Shown here piece by piece: positions 29,026 to 38,284 of a stretch of DNA of 64,000 nt; within the stretch, counting starts at the first letter, position 1, and every line of letters starts with the position of its first letter. The translations under genes and the position numbers were made by a program. This DNA comes from Alistipes sp. Its GTDB lineage: Bacteria; Bacteroidota; Bacteroidia; Bacteroidales; Rikenellaceae. The notes beneath the pieces are model-generated. The model was not told the origin of the DNA. It saw only the letters and a program-made list of their open reading frames with translations, and searched no databases. The DNA lies in the NCBI GenBank assembly GCA_020026415.1, contig JAHHQL010000004.1:22959-86958 (forward strand), given 5' to 3'.

Positions 29026-30802
29026 GGGACTTTTCCTTTTCGATTCTGAGCATTTCCATGCGGCGGTTGATCTCGGCGGCATCGTAGTTGCATTCCGAAG
29101 CCTTGCGCCAATAGGTCTCCGCAAGGAAATACTCCTTAAGTTTGAAGAGAATGTCGCCGTAATGAATCATCAGATCCGCACTCATGCGGTTGTCGCGGGC
29201 AATGGCCTGTCGCATGGCGGTCTTCGCCTCGGCGTAGCGTCCCGTCTTGTAGAGAATCCACGCATAGGTGTCCAGATAGGTCGCATTGTCGGGTTCGGCC
29301 GCGATGACCCGTTCGGACAAACTCAGCGCACGCTCCAACTCGATCTCCTCGACCGAAAGGAAGTAGGCGTAGTTGTTCATCACCACGATGTTGTCGGGGT
29401 CGTATCTCAGGCTGCGGTTGTAGGCCTTGTAGCAGGCCTGCATGAGTTTTCGGTCGGGCTTCCGGGTATTTCCGCGTTTGACTGCCATCTGATGGTAGGT
29501 GTCGCCCACGATGCACCACACACTGCTGCGCACCGAGTCGGTCGGGGCGTATTTCAGTGCCCGACGATAGGTCTTCAGTGCCTCGTCGTATTTTTCCGCC
29601 TGATACTGCACGTTGCCCCGAATCAGGTGGAGGTTCAGATCATTCGGGAAGAGATTCATGGCGCGGCGGGTGTAGAGGCTTGCCGAGTCGATGTGTCCGA
29701 GGTAGAGTTCGATGTCGATGATCGAAAGGTAGTAGTCCTTTCGGACAGGTTTGTCGCCGAGGTGTGCCTTGTAAAGGTCGAGTGCCGTCTGTACTTCGCC
29801 CGCGGCAATCAGATGTCCCGCATAGAGATCCACCACCCGTTTATCCTGCGGGTAGAGGATGGCGAGCGTGTTCATCAGATCGCGGATTTCGAGGTAGTAA
29901 CTGCCGTAGAAACGCATGTCGGACGTGAGACGTTCGATATGACCGAGTTTTTCGTCAAGCGAAATCTCGCGGACGGCGAACATCCGTTTGAAGGTCTTCA
30001 GTAAGGCTCGGTAATTCTGGCGGTCGTTGTGGAGCGAGGCCAAAGAAAGATACGCTTCGGGGTTCGTCGGATCCATGCGGATGGCGTGCTCGAACTCCTT
30101 CATGGCCAGCGAATCTCGACCCGCAAGACCGTAGAGATTACCCAATTCGATGTGGTTCTGCCGGTTGTAGGGATCGCTTTCGACCAAAGCCTTCTGTTCG
30201 TCCACCGCCTTGTCCACTTGGTTGGTGGCGATCAGCAGACGGCGTTTGATCATGCTCAGGTAGGGGATTCGTCCGCACCGCAACTCCGCCGAATCGAGCG
30301 TCGTGAGGGCAATGTAGGGGTTGTTGTCCTCTTCGTAGAGTGCCGCGAGGATGCGGTAATGGTCGGGATCGTCGGGTTCTGCCTGCACGAGACGTTCGTA
30401 GGTGCGGAGTGCCTCCTTATAGCGTCGGGCGAGGATGAGCGACTGCCCGTAGTAGCGCAAATACCAGTTGTTGAGCGTGTCCAAACGCCATGCGTGTCCG
30501 GCAAGCGCGACCCCCTCTTCGGGCGTGGAGTACATGCCGTAAACGAACAATTGGAAATAGGCGGGGGCGAAGGTCGAATCGGCCTTCAGCGTGCGGCGGA
30601 AATAGTGGCGGGCGCGTGCCGTGTCGCCGTGGATGGCGTTTCGTTTGATGCCTTCGGTGAAGAGCCACAGCGGCGAGAGGGTGTCGTTCTTCTCGATATG
30701 GAGCGAATCGGATTCCGGGAATCGGGTATATACACCCCGTCCCTCGACCAGTGCGGTCGAGAAAAGTAACAGCAGAGCGCAGAAAATCAGAATCCGTTTC
30801 AT
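29018..30802 (-). CDS. tetratricopeptide-repeat protein (secreted)
   Basis: 594 aa with a signal peptide and repeated TPR-like A/Y/L patterns throughout. Confidence 0.85.
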   Translation of the reverse strand: MKRILIFCALLLLFSTALVEGRGVYTRFPESDSLHIEKNDTLSPLWLFTEGIKRNAIHGDTARARHYFRRTLKADSTFAPAYFQLFVYGMYSTPEEGVALAGHAWRLDTLNNWYLRYYGQSLILARRYKEALRTYERLVQAEPDDPDHYRILAALYEEDNNPYIALTTLDSAELRCGRIPYLSMIKRRLLIATNQVDKAVDEQKALVESDPYNRQNHIELGNLYGLAGRDSLAMKEFEHAIRMDPTNPEAYLSLASLHNDRQNYRALLKTFKRMFAVREISLDEKLGHIERLTSDMRFYGSYYLEIRDLMNTLAILYPQDKRVVDLYAGHLIAAGEVQTALDLYKAHLGDKPVRKDYYLSIIDIELYLGHIDSASLYTRRAMNLFPNDLNLHLIRGNVQYQAEKYDEALKTYRRALKYAPTDSVRSSVWCIVGDTYHQMAVKRGNTRKPDRKLMQACYKAYNRSLRYDPDNIVVMNNYAYFLSVEEIELERALSLSERVIAAEPDNATYLDTYAWILYKTGRYAEAKTAMRQAIARDNRMSADLMIHYGDILFKLKEYFLAETYWRKASECNYDAAEINRRMEMLRIEKEKSHE

Positions 30803-30883
30803 CTTGCAGGCGGAGGTTTTAATTCGGGAAAAGTCCTCCTCCGCGAGGGGGGAGGACTTTTCCCGAAGGTGTTTTTATTCGAT

Positions 30884-31909
30884 TTACAGATCGGTGTCGA
30901 ACTGGTGGAGGAAGCGTACGTCGTTCTCGAAGTACAGACGCAGATCCTTCACGCCGTATTTCAACATGGCGATACGTTCGATACCCATGCCGAATGCGAA
31001 TCCCGAATATTTTTTGGGGTCAATGCCGTTCAGACGGAGTACGTTGGGATCGACCATGCCGCATCCCATGATCTCCAGCCAGCCCGTACCCTTGCAGACG
31101 GGGCAACCCTTGCCGCCGCACAGGTTACACGACACATCGACCTCGGCCGAAGGCTCCGTGAAGGGGAAGTACGACGGACGCATGCGGATGGCGGTATCCT
31201 CGCCGAAGATCTCCTTGGCGAAGTACTGCAACGACTGCTTCATGTCGGCGAATGACACGCCCTCGTCGATATAGAGTCCCTCGATCTGGTGGAAGATGCA
31301 GTGTGCGCGGTAGGAGATCGCCTCGTTACGGAACACACGTCCCGGACAGATCACACGGATGGGCGGTTTCTGATGCTCCATCGTGCGTACTTGGATCGAC
31401 GAAGTATGCGTACGGAGCAGGATGTCGGGGTGCTTCTCGATGAAGAACGTATCCTGCATGTCGCGTGCGGGGTGTTCGGGCGGGAAGTTCAGCGCACCGA
31501 ACACGTGGTGGTCATCTTCGATTTCGGGGCCGTCGGCCACGGTGTAACCCAGACGCGAGAAGACCTCGACGATCTCGTTCTTGACGCGCGAAATGGGGTG
31601 GCGCGAACCGAGCGTCTCGGCCGTACCGGGACGGGTCATGTCGCCTGTGGCGGATTTCTGATCGGCGGCGACATCCTGCATCTGTTCGCGCAGGGTGTTG
31701 ATGCGCTCCGTGGCGGTTGTTTTCAGACGATTGATTAACTGTCCCAATTCGCGTTTCTGCTCTGCGGGAACGGTTTTGAACTCATCCATCAAGGCCGTGA
31801 GTTCGCCTTTTTTGCCGAGTATTTTGATGCGGAACTCCTCGACGTCGGCCGCTGTTTGGGGTTGAAACTCCTCGACACGTTTGAGAAGTTCGTTAATTTT
31901 GTCTGTCAT
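30884..31909 (-). CDS. pheS: phenylalanine--tRNA ligase alpha subunit
   Basis: 341 aa with class II aaRS motifs (FPFTEPSAEVD, GMGIERIAML). Confidence 0.96.
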   Translation of the reverse strand: MTDKINELLKRVEEFQPQTAADVEEFRIKILGKKGELTALMDEFKTVPAEQKRELGQLINRLKTTATERINTLREQMQDVAADQKSATGDMTRPGTAETLGSRHPISRVKNEIVEVFSRLGYTVADGPEIEDDHHVFGALNFPPEHPARDMQDTFFIEKHPDILLRTHTSSIQVRTMEHQKPPIRVICPGRVFRNEAISYRAHCIFHQIEGLYIDEGVSFADMKQSLQYFAKEIFGEDTAIRMRPSYFPFTEPSAEVDVSCNLCGGKGCPVCKGTGWLEIMGCGMVDPNVLRLNGIDPKKYSGFAFGMGIERIAMLKYGVKDLRLYFENDVRFLHQFDTDL

Positions 31910-31989
31910 ATTTTGTTTGTTTATCCTTTTTCTATACTTTTGAACCTATCGTGCGCACGGCGCACCGGAATATAACGTATATTAATACG

Positions 31990-31997
31990 CAAAGTTA
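31990..31997 (-). promoter_or_regulatory. -7 box TAACTTTG upstream of pheS
   Basis: Exact TAnnTTTG on the reverse strand, 80 nt from ATG 31909. Confidence 0.45.
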
Positions 31998-32012
31998 TAA
32001 AAAATTTGAGAC

Positions 32013-34331
32013 ATGTTGCGTAAAACCCTTTCATTTCTCATCGCTTTGATGTTCACCCTTTCTGCTTCGGCGCAAAAACAGCCGTCGGGCATCGGTTTGG
32101 TGATGAGCGGAGGCGGTGCCAAAGGACTTTATCATATCGGCGTACTGGAGGCTTTGGAGGAGAGCGGAGTCCCGATCGACTATGTGGCGGGAACCTCCAT
32201 GGGATCAATAATCGCGGCGATGTATGCCGCGGGTTATTCGCCGGCGGAGATGCGTCGGATCGTGCTGTCGGGTGCCGTGCGCGAGTGGGCGTTCGGAATG
32301 ATCGACCCGAACCGCTACATGGCTTTCTATCGTCAGGTGGCACAGGCTCCCGCACTGGTGAACATCCGCCTCGACTTCAAGAAGGGAAGTTCCAAACCGC
32401 TGCTGATGCCCACAAACCTCATCTCCTCGACACAGGTCGATCTGGCGTTGATGGGTTTGTTTGCCCCCGCAACGGCTGCCGCAGGAGAGGATTTCGACAA
32501 ACTGATGATCCCGTTCCTGTGTGTGGCAAGCGACATGAAGGAGCGCAAACCCGTGGTTCTGCGGGACGGCGAACTCTCCGAAGCGGTGCGTTCGTCGATG
32601 TCCATCCCGTTGGTTTACAAGCCGATGAAGCGTGGCGACATGATTCTTTATGACGGCGGTGTGTTCGATAATTTCCCGTGGAAGGCTCTCCGGCGGGAAT
32701 TTGATCCCGAATTTATCGTGGGCAGCATCTGCACGAGCGGAAACAGCGTACCCGACGAGAATACCGACATTTTCGATCAGGCGTTTGCTCTGGCGATGCA
32801 GGAGACCGATTACGACATTCCCGAAGAGACGGGTGTCACGATCGTGCGCGACGTGAAGGTCAATATGTTGGACTTCGACCGTGCCGAAGAGATTATGGAT
32901 GCGGGTTATACGGATGCCATGAAGAAGATGCCGGAGATCCTTTCGCGGGTGTCGCGCCGTTTTACGGCGGCCGAGTTCAAGGCACGCCGCGAGGAGTTCC
33001 GCAAGAAATGTCCGCCGCTCTATTTTTGTGATTATCACCTCGAAGGCATGAATCGGGCCCAACGGGAATACATCCGCGATTTCGTGCATGTCGATCGTCA
33101 GATCAAGGGTCGTCAGCGCGTGATGTCGTTCGAGAAACTGCGCGGAAAACTCTTCGAGGTGTTGGCATCGGGCGATTTCACGATGGATTTTCCCCATGCG
33201 CGTTACGATGCCGAGACAGACGGTTATTCGTTTACCGCCAATTTCCGCACCAAACCCAATTTCAAACTATCGCTCGGCGGTTGCATCTCTTCGACAGCCT
33301 TCAATCAGGCCTACATCGGCATCAACTATCAGAAAATCGGACGTGTCGCTCAAGTGGTCGGAAGTGAATTTTTCTTGGGACCTCTGCATACGTGGGGTTC
33401 GGTGGGCGGACGAACGGACTTCTACATGTGGAAGCCTCTGTTTATCGACTATTCGTTCAATTTCGGCGTGCGCAACCTCCATCACGGCTATTTCGGCGGT
33501 TTGACGCACATCGACAACGCCAAGAAAGTGCGCGAAAACGACTACTTCGGGTCGTTCGGATTCGGCATGCCGATGAATCTGCGCGGTATATTTTCGCTGC
33601 GCGCCAATGTCGGTCAGCAAAACTTTCGTTATCAGGCTCTGAACGGTGTACCGGATGATTTCGACCATTCGCGTTTTTCGTATTTCGGCCTCAAACTTGA
33701 GGCGCGTCGCTGTACGCTTGACCGTTTTGTGTTCCCGCGTCACGGATCGGATCTGGATCTTTCGGCGGTCTTTGTGACGGGACACGAGAAACTCGATCCG
33801 ATGGATACCGATCGTTTTGTGTCGGAGGAGTGCCGTCAATGGGTCGGCGGGCGTTTCAAGTGGGAAAAATACATTGATTTTGCCCGAAAAGGGTGGTTCT
33901 CGGTCGGTTTGTACGTCGATGCCGTTGTGACGAATCATCCCGATTTCGCACGCGATCGTGCCACGCTGATGTCGCTTCCGGTCTTTGCACCGATTCCCCA
34001 CTCGAACATGATCTACATGCCGACGTTCCACGGCAAACGATTTTTGGCGGGCGGTATCATGCCGACCTTCAACTTTACGCAGAATTTGTTCCTCCGCACG
34101 AGTGTCTATACGATGTGGCGCAACCGCCGCGTCCACATTCCCGATATTCGGGAACTCGAAGGCGAGCGCGAGCGTCTGCATTACATTGCCGACATGTCGC
34201 TCGTTTATCACACGCCCGTGGGTCCTGTGTCGCTCAGTCTTACCAAATACGACTTCAAATCGTGGCGCAACATGTATCTGACCCTTACACTCGGATACGC
34301 CATCTTTGCCCCCAAGGGAACATTCTATTAA
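32013..34331 (+). CDS. patatin-like phospholipase fused to a C-terminal outer-membrane beta-barrel-like region (PlpD/type Vd-like)
   Basis: Signal peptide. Patatin motifs GGGAKG, GTSMG (GxSxG) and DGG. About 450 aa of beta-strand-like sequence ending in an aromatic residue (...APKGTFY). Confidence 0.85.
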   Translation: MLRKTLSFLIALMFTLSASAQKQPSGIGLVMSGGGAKGLYHIGVLEALEESGVPIDYVAGTSMGSIIAAMYAAGYSPAEMRRIVLSGAVREWAFGMIDPNRYMAFYRQVAQAPALVNIRLDFKKGSSKPLLMPTNLISSTQVDLALMGLFAPATAAAGEDFDKLMIPFLCVASDMKERKPVVLRDGELSEAVRSSMSIPLVYKPMKRGDMILYDGGVFDNFPWKALRREFDPEFIVGSICTSGNSVPDENTDIFDQAFALAMQETDYDIPEETGVTIVRDVKVNMLDFDRAEEIMDAGYTDAMKKMPEILSRVSRRFTAAEFKARREEFRKKCPPLYFCDYHLEGMNRAQREYIRDFVHVDRQIKGRQRVMSFEKLRGKLFEVLASGDFTMDFPHARYDAETDGYSFTANFRTKPNFKLSLGGCISSTAFNQAYIGINYQKIGRVAQVVGSEFFLGPLHTWGSVGGRTDFYMWKPLFIDYSFNFGVRNLHHGYFGGLTHIDNAKKVRENDYFGSFGFGMPMNLRGIFSLRANVGQQNFRYQALNGVPDDFDHSRFSYFGLKLEARRCTLDRFVFPRHGSDLDLSAVFVTGHEKLDPMDTDRFVSEECRQWVGGRFKWEKYIDFARKGWFSVGLYVDAVVTNHPDFARDRATLMSLPVFAPIPHSNMIYMPTFHGKRFLAGGIMPTFNFTQNLFLRTSVYTMWRNRRVHIPDIRELEGERERLHYIADMSLVYHTPVGPVSLSLTKYDFKSWRNMYLTLTLGYAIFAPKGTFY

Positions 34332-34351
34332 CAGACTTTAAGCATAAATAA

Positions 34352-34388
34352 AAGGACGGGAAAACACCGAGTTTTCCGTCCTTTTTTT
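34352..34388 (+). terminator. intrinsic terminator after the patatin gene
   Basis: GGACGGGAAAAC / GTTTTCCGTCC stem followed by T7. Confidence 0.85.
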
Positions 34389-34549
34389 GTGCGGGTGGGG
34401 TAGTGCGCCACAAACCTCTTTTCTCTGCTTCTGCGCCCGCCTCTTGCCGTCTGCCGTTCGCCCTTTTGCGTTGCGGGCACTCCCTTCCGCCCACTGCCCG
34501 TCCTCCTGCGTCTTGGGCACTCCTTTCCGCCGCCCGCTCCCAAAAGGCA
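34389..34549 (+). repeat. C/T-rich, A-poor spacer with a 25-nt degenerate direct repeat (period 40 nt)
   Basis: TGCGTTGCGGGCACTCCCTTCCGCC (34467-34491) and TGCGTCTTGGGCACTCCTTTCCGCC (34507-34531) match at 21 of 25 positions. Confidence 0.7.
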
Positions 34550-34581
34550 TAAAAAAAGGGAACCTCCCGAAGGAGATTCCC
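34550..34581 (-). terminator. intrinsic terminator after the M13 peptidase gene
   Basis: Reverse strand: GGGAATCTCC-TTCG-GGAGGTTCCC followed by T7. Confidence 0.8.
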
Positions 34582-34604
34582 GAAGTATCTTTTTGTGGAA
34601 AAGA

Positions 34605-36638
34605 CTACCAGATGATCACACGCTCCGATTCGGGCATGAACATCGCATCACCCTCCTTGATGTTGAAGGCATCATAGAAGGGCTGGAGGTTACGCAGCGA
34701 TGCGTTTACGCGCCACTTGCCCAGCGAGTGAACGTCCAACTTGGTCAGACGGGCGATCTCCTCGTCGCGGATGTTCTGTCCCCAGAGGGTTGCGTAAGCC
34801 AGATAGAAACGCTGATCGAACGAGAACCCGTCGGTCATGGGGTCTGCCTGACCCTCTGCGAGGGTGTTGTGGAATGCGGTGTAGGCCACGTTCAAACCGC
34901 CCTGATCGGCGATATTCTCTCCCAGACAGAGTTTGCCGTTGGCCATCAGTGCGGGTTTGCCGTCCTTGGCGGGCAGTACCTCCAACCGGTTGAACTGATC
35001 GACCAGTACTTCGGCCTTCTTCATGAATGCTTCGGCATCCACATCCGACCACCAGTTGTTCATGTTACCGTCCTTGTCGAAGTTACGACCCTGATCGTCA
35101 AATCCGTGGGTCATCTCGTGACCGATCACCACGCCGATTGCACCGTAGTTTACGGCATCATCGGCCTCCGGGTTGTAGAACGGGGGCTGGAGAATGGCTG
35201 CCGGGAAGCAGATCTCGTTGGTGCCGGGGTTGTAGTAGGCGTTTACGGTCTGCGGGGTCATGTGCCACTCGTCCTTATTGACCTCGGTACCCAGATCCTT
35301 GATGTTGTCGGCAGTGTACCAGCGGTTGGCTGCCATGATGTTCTCCCAGTACGACTTTTCGGGATCGATCTCAAGACCCTTGTAGTCCTTCCATGTGTCG
35401 GGATAACCGACCTTGATGCGGAATGCGGCGAGTTTCTCCTGTGCCTTAGCCTTGGTGGCGTCGGTCATCCAATCGAGGTTGGCGATGTGCTGCGAAAGCG
35501 ACTTTTGCAGGTTGCGAACCAACTCGACCATGCGAACCTTGTCCTCTTCGGGGAAGTATTTCTCGACATACATCTTGCCGACGGCCTCACCCAGCGTGCT
35601 GTTGGGAATGCGCATGGCGCGCTTCCAACGGGGCTGCTGCTGCTGTGCACCCGACATCACACGGCCGTAGAAATCAAACGAAGCGTTGATGAAATCATCG
35701 CTCAGATAACTTGCGGCGGCGTTGATATACTGTTCGGCGAGATAGTAGCGGATCTGCTCCACGGGAGCCTCGGTCAGGACCTTCGTGGCACCCTCAAGAG
35801 CCGAAGGAGTCATGACGATGATGTGGTCGAACTCGCCGATGCCCATCAACTTATAATAGGTTGCCCAATCGACTGCGGGGTATTTCTTCTCGAACTCCTC
35901 GCGCGACATCGGGTTGTAACGAGCGGCGGTGTTACGCAACTGTACGTTCGACCAAGTGGTCTCGGCAAGTTTCGTTTCGATGGCCATTACGCTCTCGACG
36001 GCTTTCGAGATCTCCTCCTCGGCGATGCCCGTCAGGCGGAAAATCTTTTCCAGATAAATCTTGTAGGCATCGAGGATGTTTGCGTTGGCGGGGTCGAGAT
36101 AATAGTCACGGTCACCCAGCGTCAGACCCGACTGCGAAGCATACATTACGTTGAGCGAACTGTTCTTCATGTCGGCACTTACTCCCATGCTGAAGAACGG
36201 ATTGGCACAACCCATGTGCATCTGTGCGATCTTCTCCGAGAAAGCGGCGCGGTCGTTGATCGAAAGGATCTCCTCGACGGCGGCCTTGATGGGGGCTGCA
36301 CCCTCCTTGTTCAGACGAACCGAATCGAGACCCATCTTATACAGGTCGGCGATTTTCTGCTCGACACTGCCCGGAGTGTTCTGCTGTTTGGTCATCTCCG
36401 AGAAGAGTTCGTTGATGCGTTTCTCGTTGTTGTTTGCCAGCACGTCAAACGAGCCGAAACGCGAATACTCCGGTTTCAAGGGGTTGTTCTTCTGCCAGCC
36501 GCCTGTGGCATACTGATAGAAATTCTCCTGAGGGGTGTACGTCTTGTCCAAGTTGGACAGCGTAAGACCCGTGTTTTTGCTGGTGGGCTGACAGGCCGCC
36601 ATACACACTGTGGTTGCGATTAATAATAATTTTTTCAT
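34605..36638 (-). CDS. M13-family zinc metallopeptidase lipoprotein (PepO/endothelin-converting-enzyme-like)
   Basis: Lipobox (TTVCMAAC), HEMTHGFD (HExxH), NAYY and ENIADQGG motifs. Confidence 0.92.
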   Translation of the reverse strand: MKKLLLIATTVCMAACQPTSKNTGLTLSNLDKTYTPQENFYQYATGGWQKNNPLKPEYSRFGSFDVLANNNEKRINELFSEMTKQQNTPGSVEQKIADLYKMGLDSVRLNKEGAAPIKAAVEEILSINDRAAFSEKIAQMHMGCANPFFSMGVSADMKNSSLNVMYASQSGLTLGDRDYYLDPANANILDAYKIYLEKIFRLTGIAEEEISKAVESVMAIETKLAETTWSNVQLRNTAARYNPMSREEFEKKYPAVDWATYYKLMGIGEFDHIIVMTPSALEGATKVLTEAPVEQIRYYLAEQYINAAASYLSDDFINASFDFYGRVMSGAQQQQPRWKRAMRIPNSTLGEAVGKMYVEKYFPEEDKVRMVELVRNLQKSLSQHIANLDWMTDATKAKAQEKLAAFRIKVGYPDTWKDYKGLEIDPEKSYWENIMAANRWYTADNIKDLGTEVNKDEWHMTPQTVNAYYNPGTNEICFPAAILQPPFYNPEADDAVNYGAIGVVIGHEMTHGFDDQGRNFDKDGNMNNWWSDVDAEAFMKKAEVLVDQFNRLEVLPAKDGKPALMANGKLCLGENIADQGGLNVAYTAFHNTLAEGQADPMTDGFSFDQRFYLAYATLWGQNIRDEEIARLTKLDVHSLGKWRVNASLRNLQPFYDAFNIKEGDAMFMPESERVIIW

Positions 36639-36662
36639 AAAGGTTTAGGTTAATTTTTGGCA

Positions 36663-36705
36663 AAAACGGGAGTTGCCTTCCTTTGGAAAAGGCACTCCCG
36701 TTTTC
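36663..36705. terminator. bidirectional-type terminator downstream of pgk
   Basis: AAAACGGGAGTTGCC / GGCACTCCCGTTTT stem with flanking A and T runs. Confidence 0.75.
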
Positions 36706-36725
36706 GGTTGTTGCTTATTTTGGTC

Positions 36726-36775
36726 GGGGATTTTCGCGTGCGGGGCTTTGGAAAACCTTGCACGCGAAAATCCCC
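36726..36775 (-). other. perfect 16-bp hairpin immediately after the pgk stop (no U-tract)
   Basis: GGGGATTTTCGCGTGC (36726-36741) pairs perfectly with GCACGCGAAAATCCCC (36760-36775). 18-nt loop. Confidence 0.6.
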
Positions 36776-36786
36776 TTCAGGCACTC

Positions 36787-38049
36787 TTACTTGCGGATGG
36801 CTGCCACACCGGGGAGATCACCGAACTCGATGTATTCGAGCAGTGCACCACCGCCGGTCGAGATGTACGACACCTGATCGGCCAGACCGAACTTGTTTAC
36901 ACAAGCCACCGAGTCGCCGCCACCGATCAAAGAGTAAGCACCGTTCTTGGTAGCCTCGGCGATGGCCTCGGCAACCTCCTTCGAACCGGTTGCGAACTTG
37001 TCGATCTCGAATACGCCCACGGGACCGTTCCACAGGATGGTCTTGCAACCGAGGATGTGCTCGCGGAAACGCTTCTTGCCCTCAGCGGCAATATCGACAC
37101 CCTCCCAGCCTTCGGGAATGTTGTCGGCGGCAGCCTCCTTGGTGTTGGCGGCAGCCGAGAAATCGTCGGCGATCAGTGCGTCGGGCGACATGACGAGTTC
37201 GACTCCCTTCTCCTTGGCCAGCTGAAGGATCTCCAGTGCCACGGGGAACATATCGGGCTCGCAGATCGAGTTGCCGACCTTACCGCCCTGTGCGGCGGCG
37301 AACGTGTAGGTCATACCGCCGCCGATAACGATCGAATCGACCTTCTCGATGAGCGACTTGATGACGCCGATCTTGGTCGAAACCTTCGAACCGCCGATGA
37401 TGGCGCAGAAGGGGTGTGCGGGCTTCTCCATCAGCGAGGCCAGAGCCTTCACCTCTTTCTCCATCAGGTAACCGAACATCTTGTCGTTGGGGAAGTACTC
37501 GGCGATAAGGTACGTCGAAGCGTGCTTGCGGTGAGCCGTACCGAATGCGTCGTTGATGTAGCAGTCGGCATACGAAGCGAGTTTCTTGACGAACTCCTTC
37601 TGGGGACCTTCCTTCAGGGCTTTCTTGGCGGCATCCTTCTCCTCCTTGGAGGCATCGGCTGCCAGACCGCGGGGTTTGCCCTCCTCTTCGGCGTAGAAAC
37701 GGAGGTTTTCGAGCAACATGACTTCACCGGGTTTCAATGCGGCGGCCATTTCGGCGGCTTTTGCGCCCATGCAGTCGCCTGCGAAGGCAACCTTGTGACC
37801 CAGACGATCCTCTACGGTCGAAACGATCTGTTCGAGCGAGAATTTGGGATCGGGATTCTTTTTGGGGCGACCCAGATGCGACATGAGGATCACCGAACCA
37901 CCTTCGGCGAGTACCTTTTTGATGGTGGGCAGAGCGGCACGGATACGCGTATCGTCCGTTACCTCGCCTTTGTCGTTCAAGGGTACATTGAAATCAACGC
38001 GGATGATGGCGCGTTTCCCTTTGAAATCGTAATTGTCGATTGTTACCAT
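36787..38049 (-). CDS. pgk: phosphoglycerate kinase
   Basis: 420 aa with the RVDFNVPL motif and typical PGK sequence. Confidence 0.96.
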   Translation of the reverse strand: MVTIDNYDFKGKRAIIRVDFNVPLNDKGEVTDDTRIRAALPTIKKVLAEGGSVILMSHLGRPKKNPDPKFSLEQIVSTVEDRLGHKVAFAGDCMGAKAAEMAAALKPGEVMLLENLRFYAEEEGKPRGLAADASKEEKDAAKKALKEGPQKEFVKKLASYADCYINDAFGTAHRKHASTYLIAEYFPNDKMFGYLMEKEVKALASLMEKPAHPFCAIIGGSKVSTKIGVIKSLIEKVDSIVIGGGMTYTFAAAQGGKVGNSICEPDMFPVALEILQLAKEKGVELVMSPDALIADDFSAAANTKEAAADNIPEGWEGVDIAAEGKKRFREHILGCKTILWNGPVGVFEIDKFATGSKEVAEAIAEATKNGAYSLIGGGDSVACVNKFGLADQVSYISTGGGALLEYIEFGDLPGVAAIRK

Positions 38050-38101
38050 AATTTCTTAACAGTTATTGTAAATTCGTTGTCTTTCTAAATTTTGCTCGGT
38101 G

Positions 38102-38109
38102 CAAAGTTA
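38102..38109 (-). promoter_or_regulatory. -7 box TAACTTTG upstream of pgk
   Basis: Exact TAnnTTTG on the reverse strand, 52 nt from ATG 38049. Confidence 0.55.
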
Positions 38110-38239
38110 TGAAAAAATTTTAACAATATATGAAAAATCGTATTTCCCGTCCCTAAAAAGTGCGGATTTTGTCATTTTCCGGGGATCGGGGAGTTCGCTT
38201 TCCGAAGGTAACGGATTCCCGCGGGCGATTATTGTATTT

Positions 38240-38273
38240 CCGCGGGGCGGATTACGGGAACTCCGCCCCGCGG
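38240..38273 (-). other. GC-rich 12-bp perfect hairpin after the ABC permease gene (possible terminator, no U-tract)
   Basis: CCGCGGGGCGGA / TCCGCCCCGCGG with a 10-nt loop. Confidence 0.4.
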
Positions 38274-38284
38274 TAAACAGGGTG

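Noticed and set aside
30825-30865. 15-bp hairpin between pheS and the TPR gene, considered as a pheS terminator
   Set aside because: The stem is good (CGGGAAAAGTCCTCC / GGAGGACTTTTCCCG), but on the transcribed (- ) strand it is followed by AAUUAAAA rather than a U-tract. Its function is unclear, so I did not list it as a terminator.
34440-34549. Possible CRISPR-like or tandem repeat array
   Set aside because: There are only two imperfect 25-nt copies, no spacer-repeat regularity beyond that, and no cas genes in the window. I report it as a degenerate repeat instead.
34593-36623. 676-aa ORF on the + strand
   Set aside because: It is antisense to the M13 metallopeptidase gene (HExxH, NAYY and lipobox on the - strand). 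It has shadow-ORF composition and would run through the M13 terminator.
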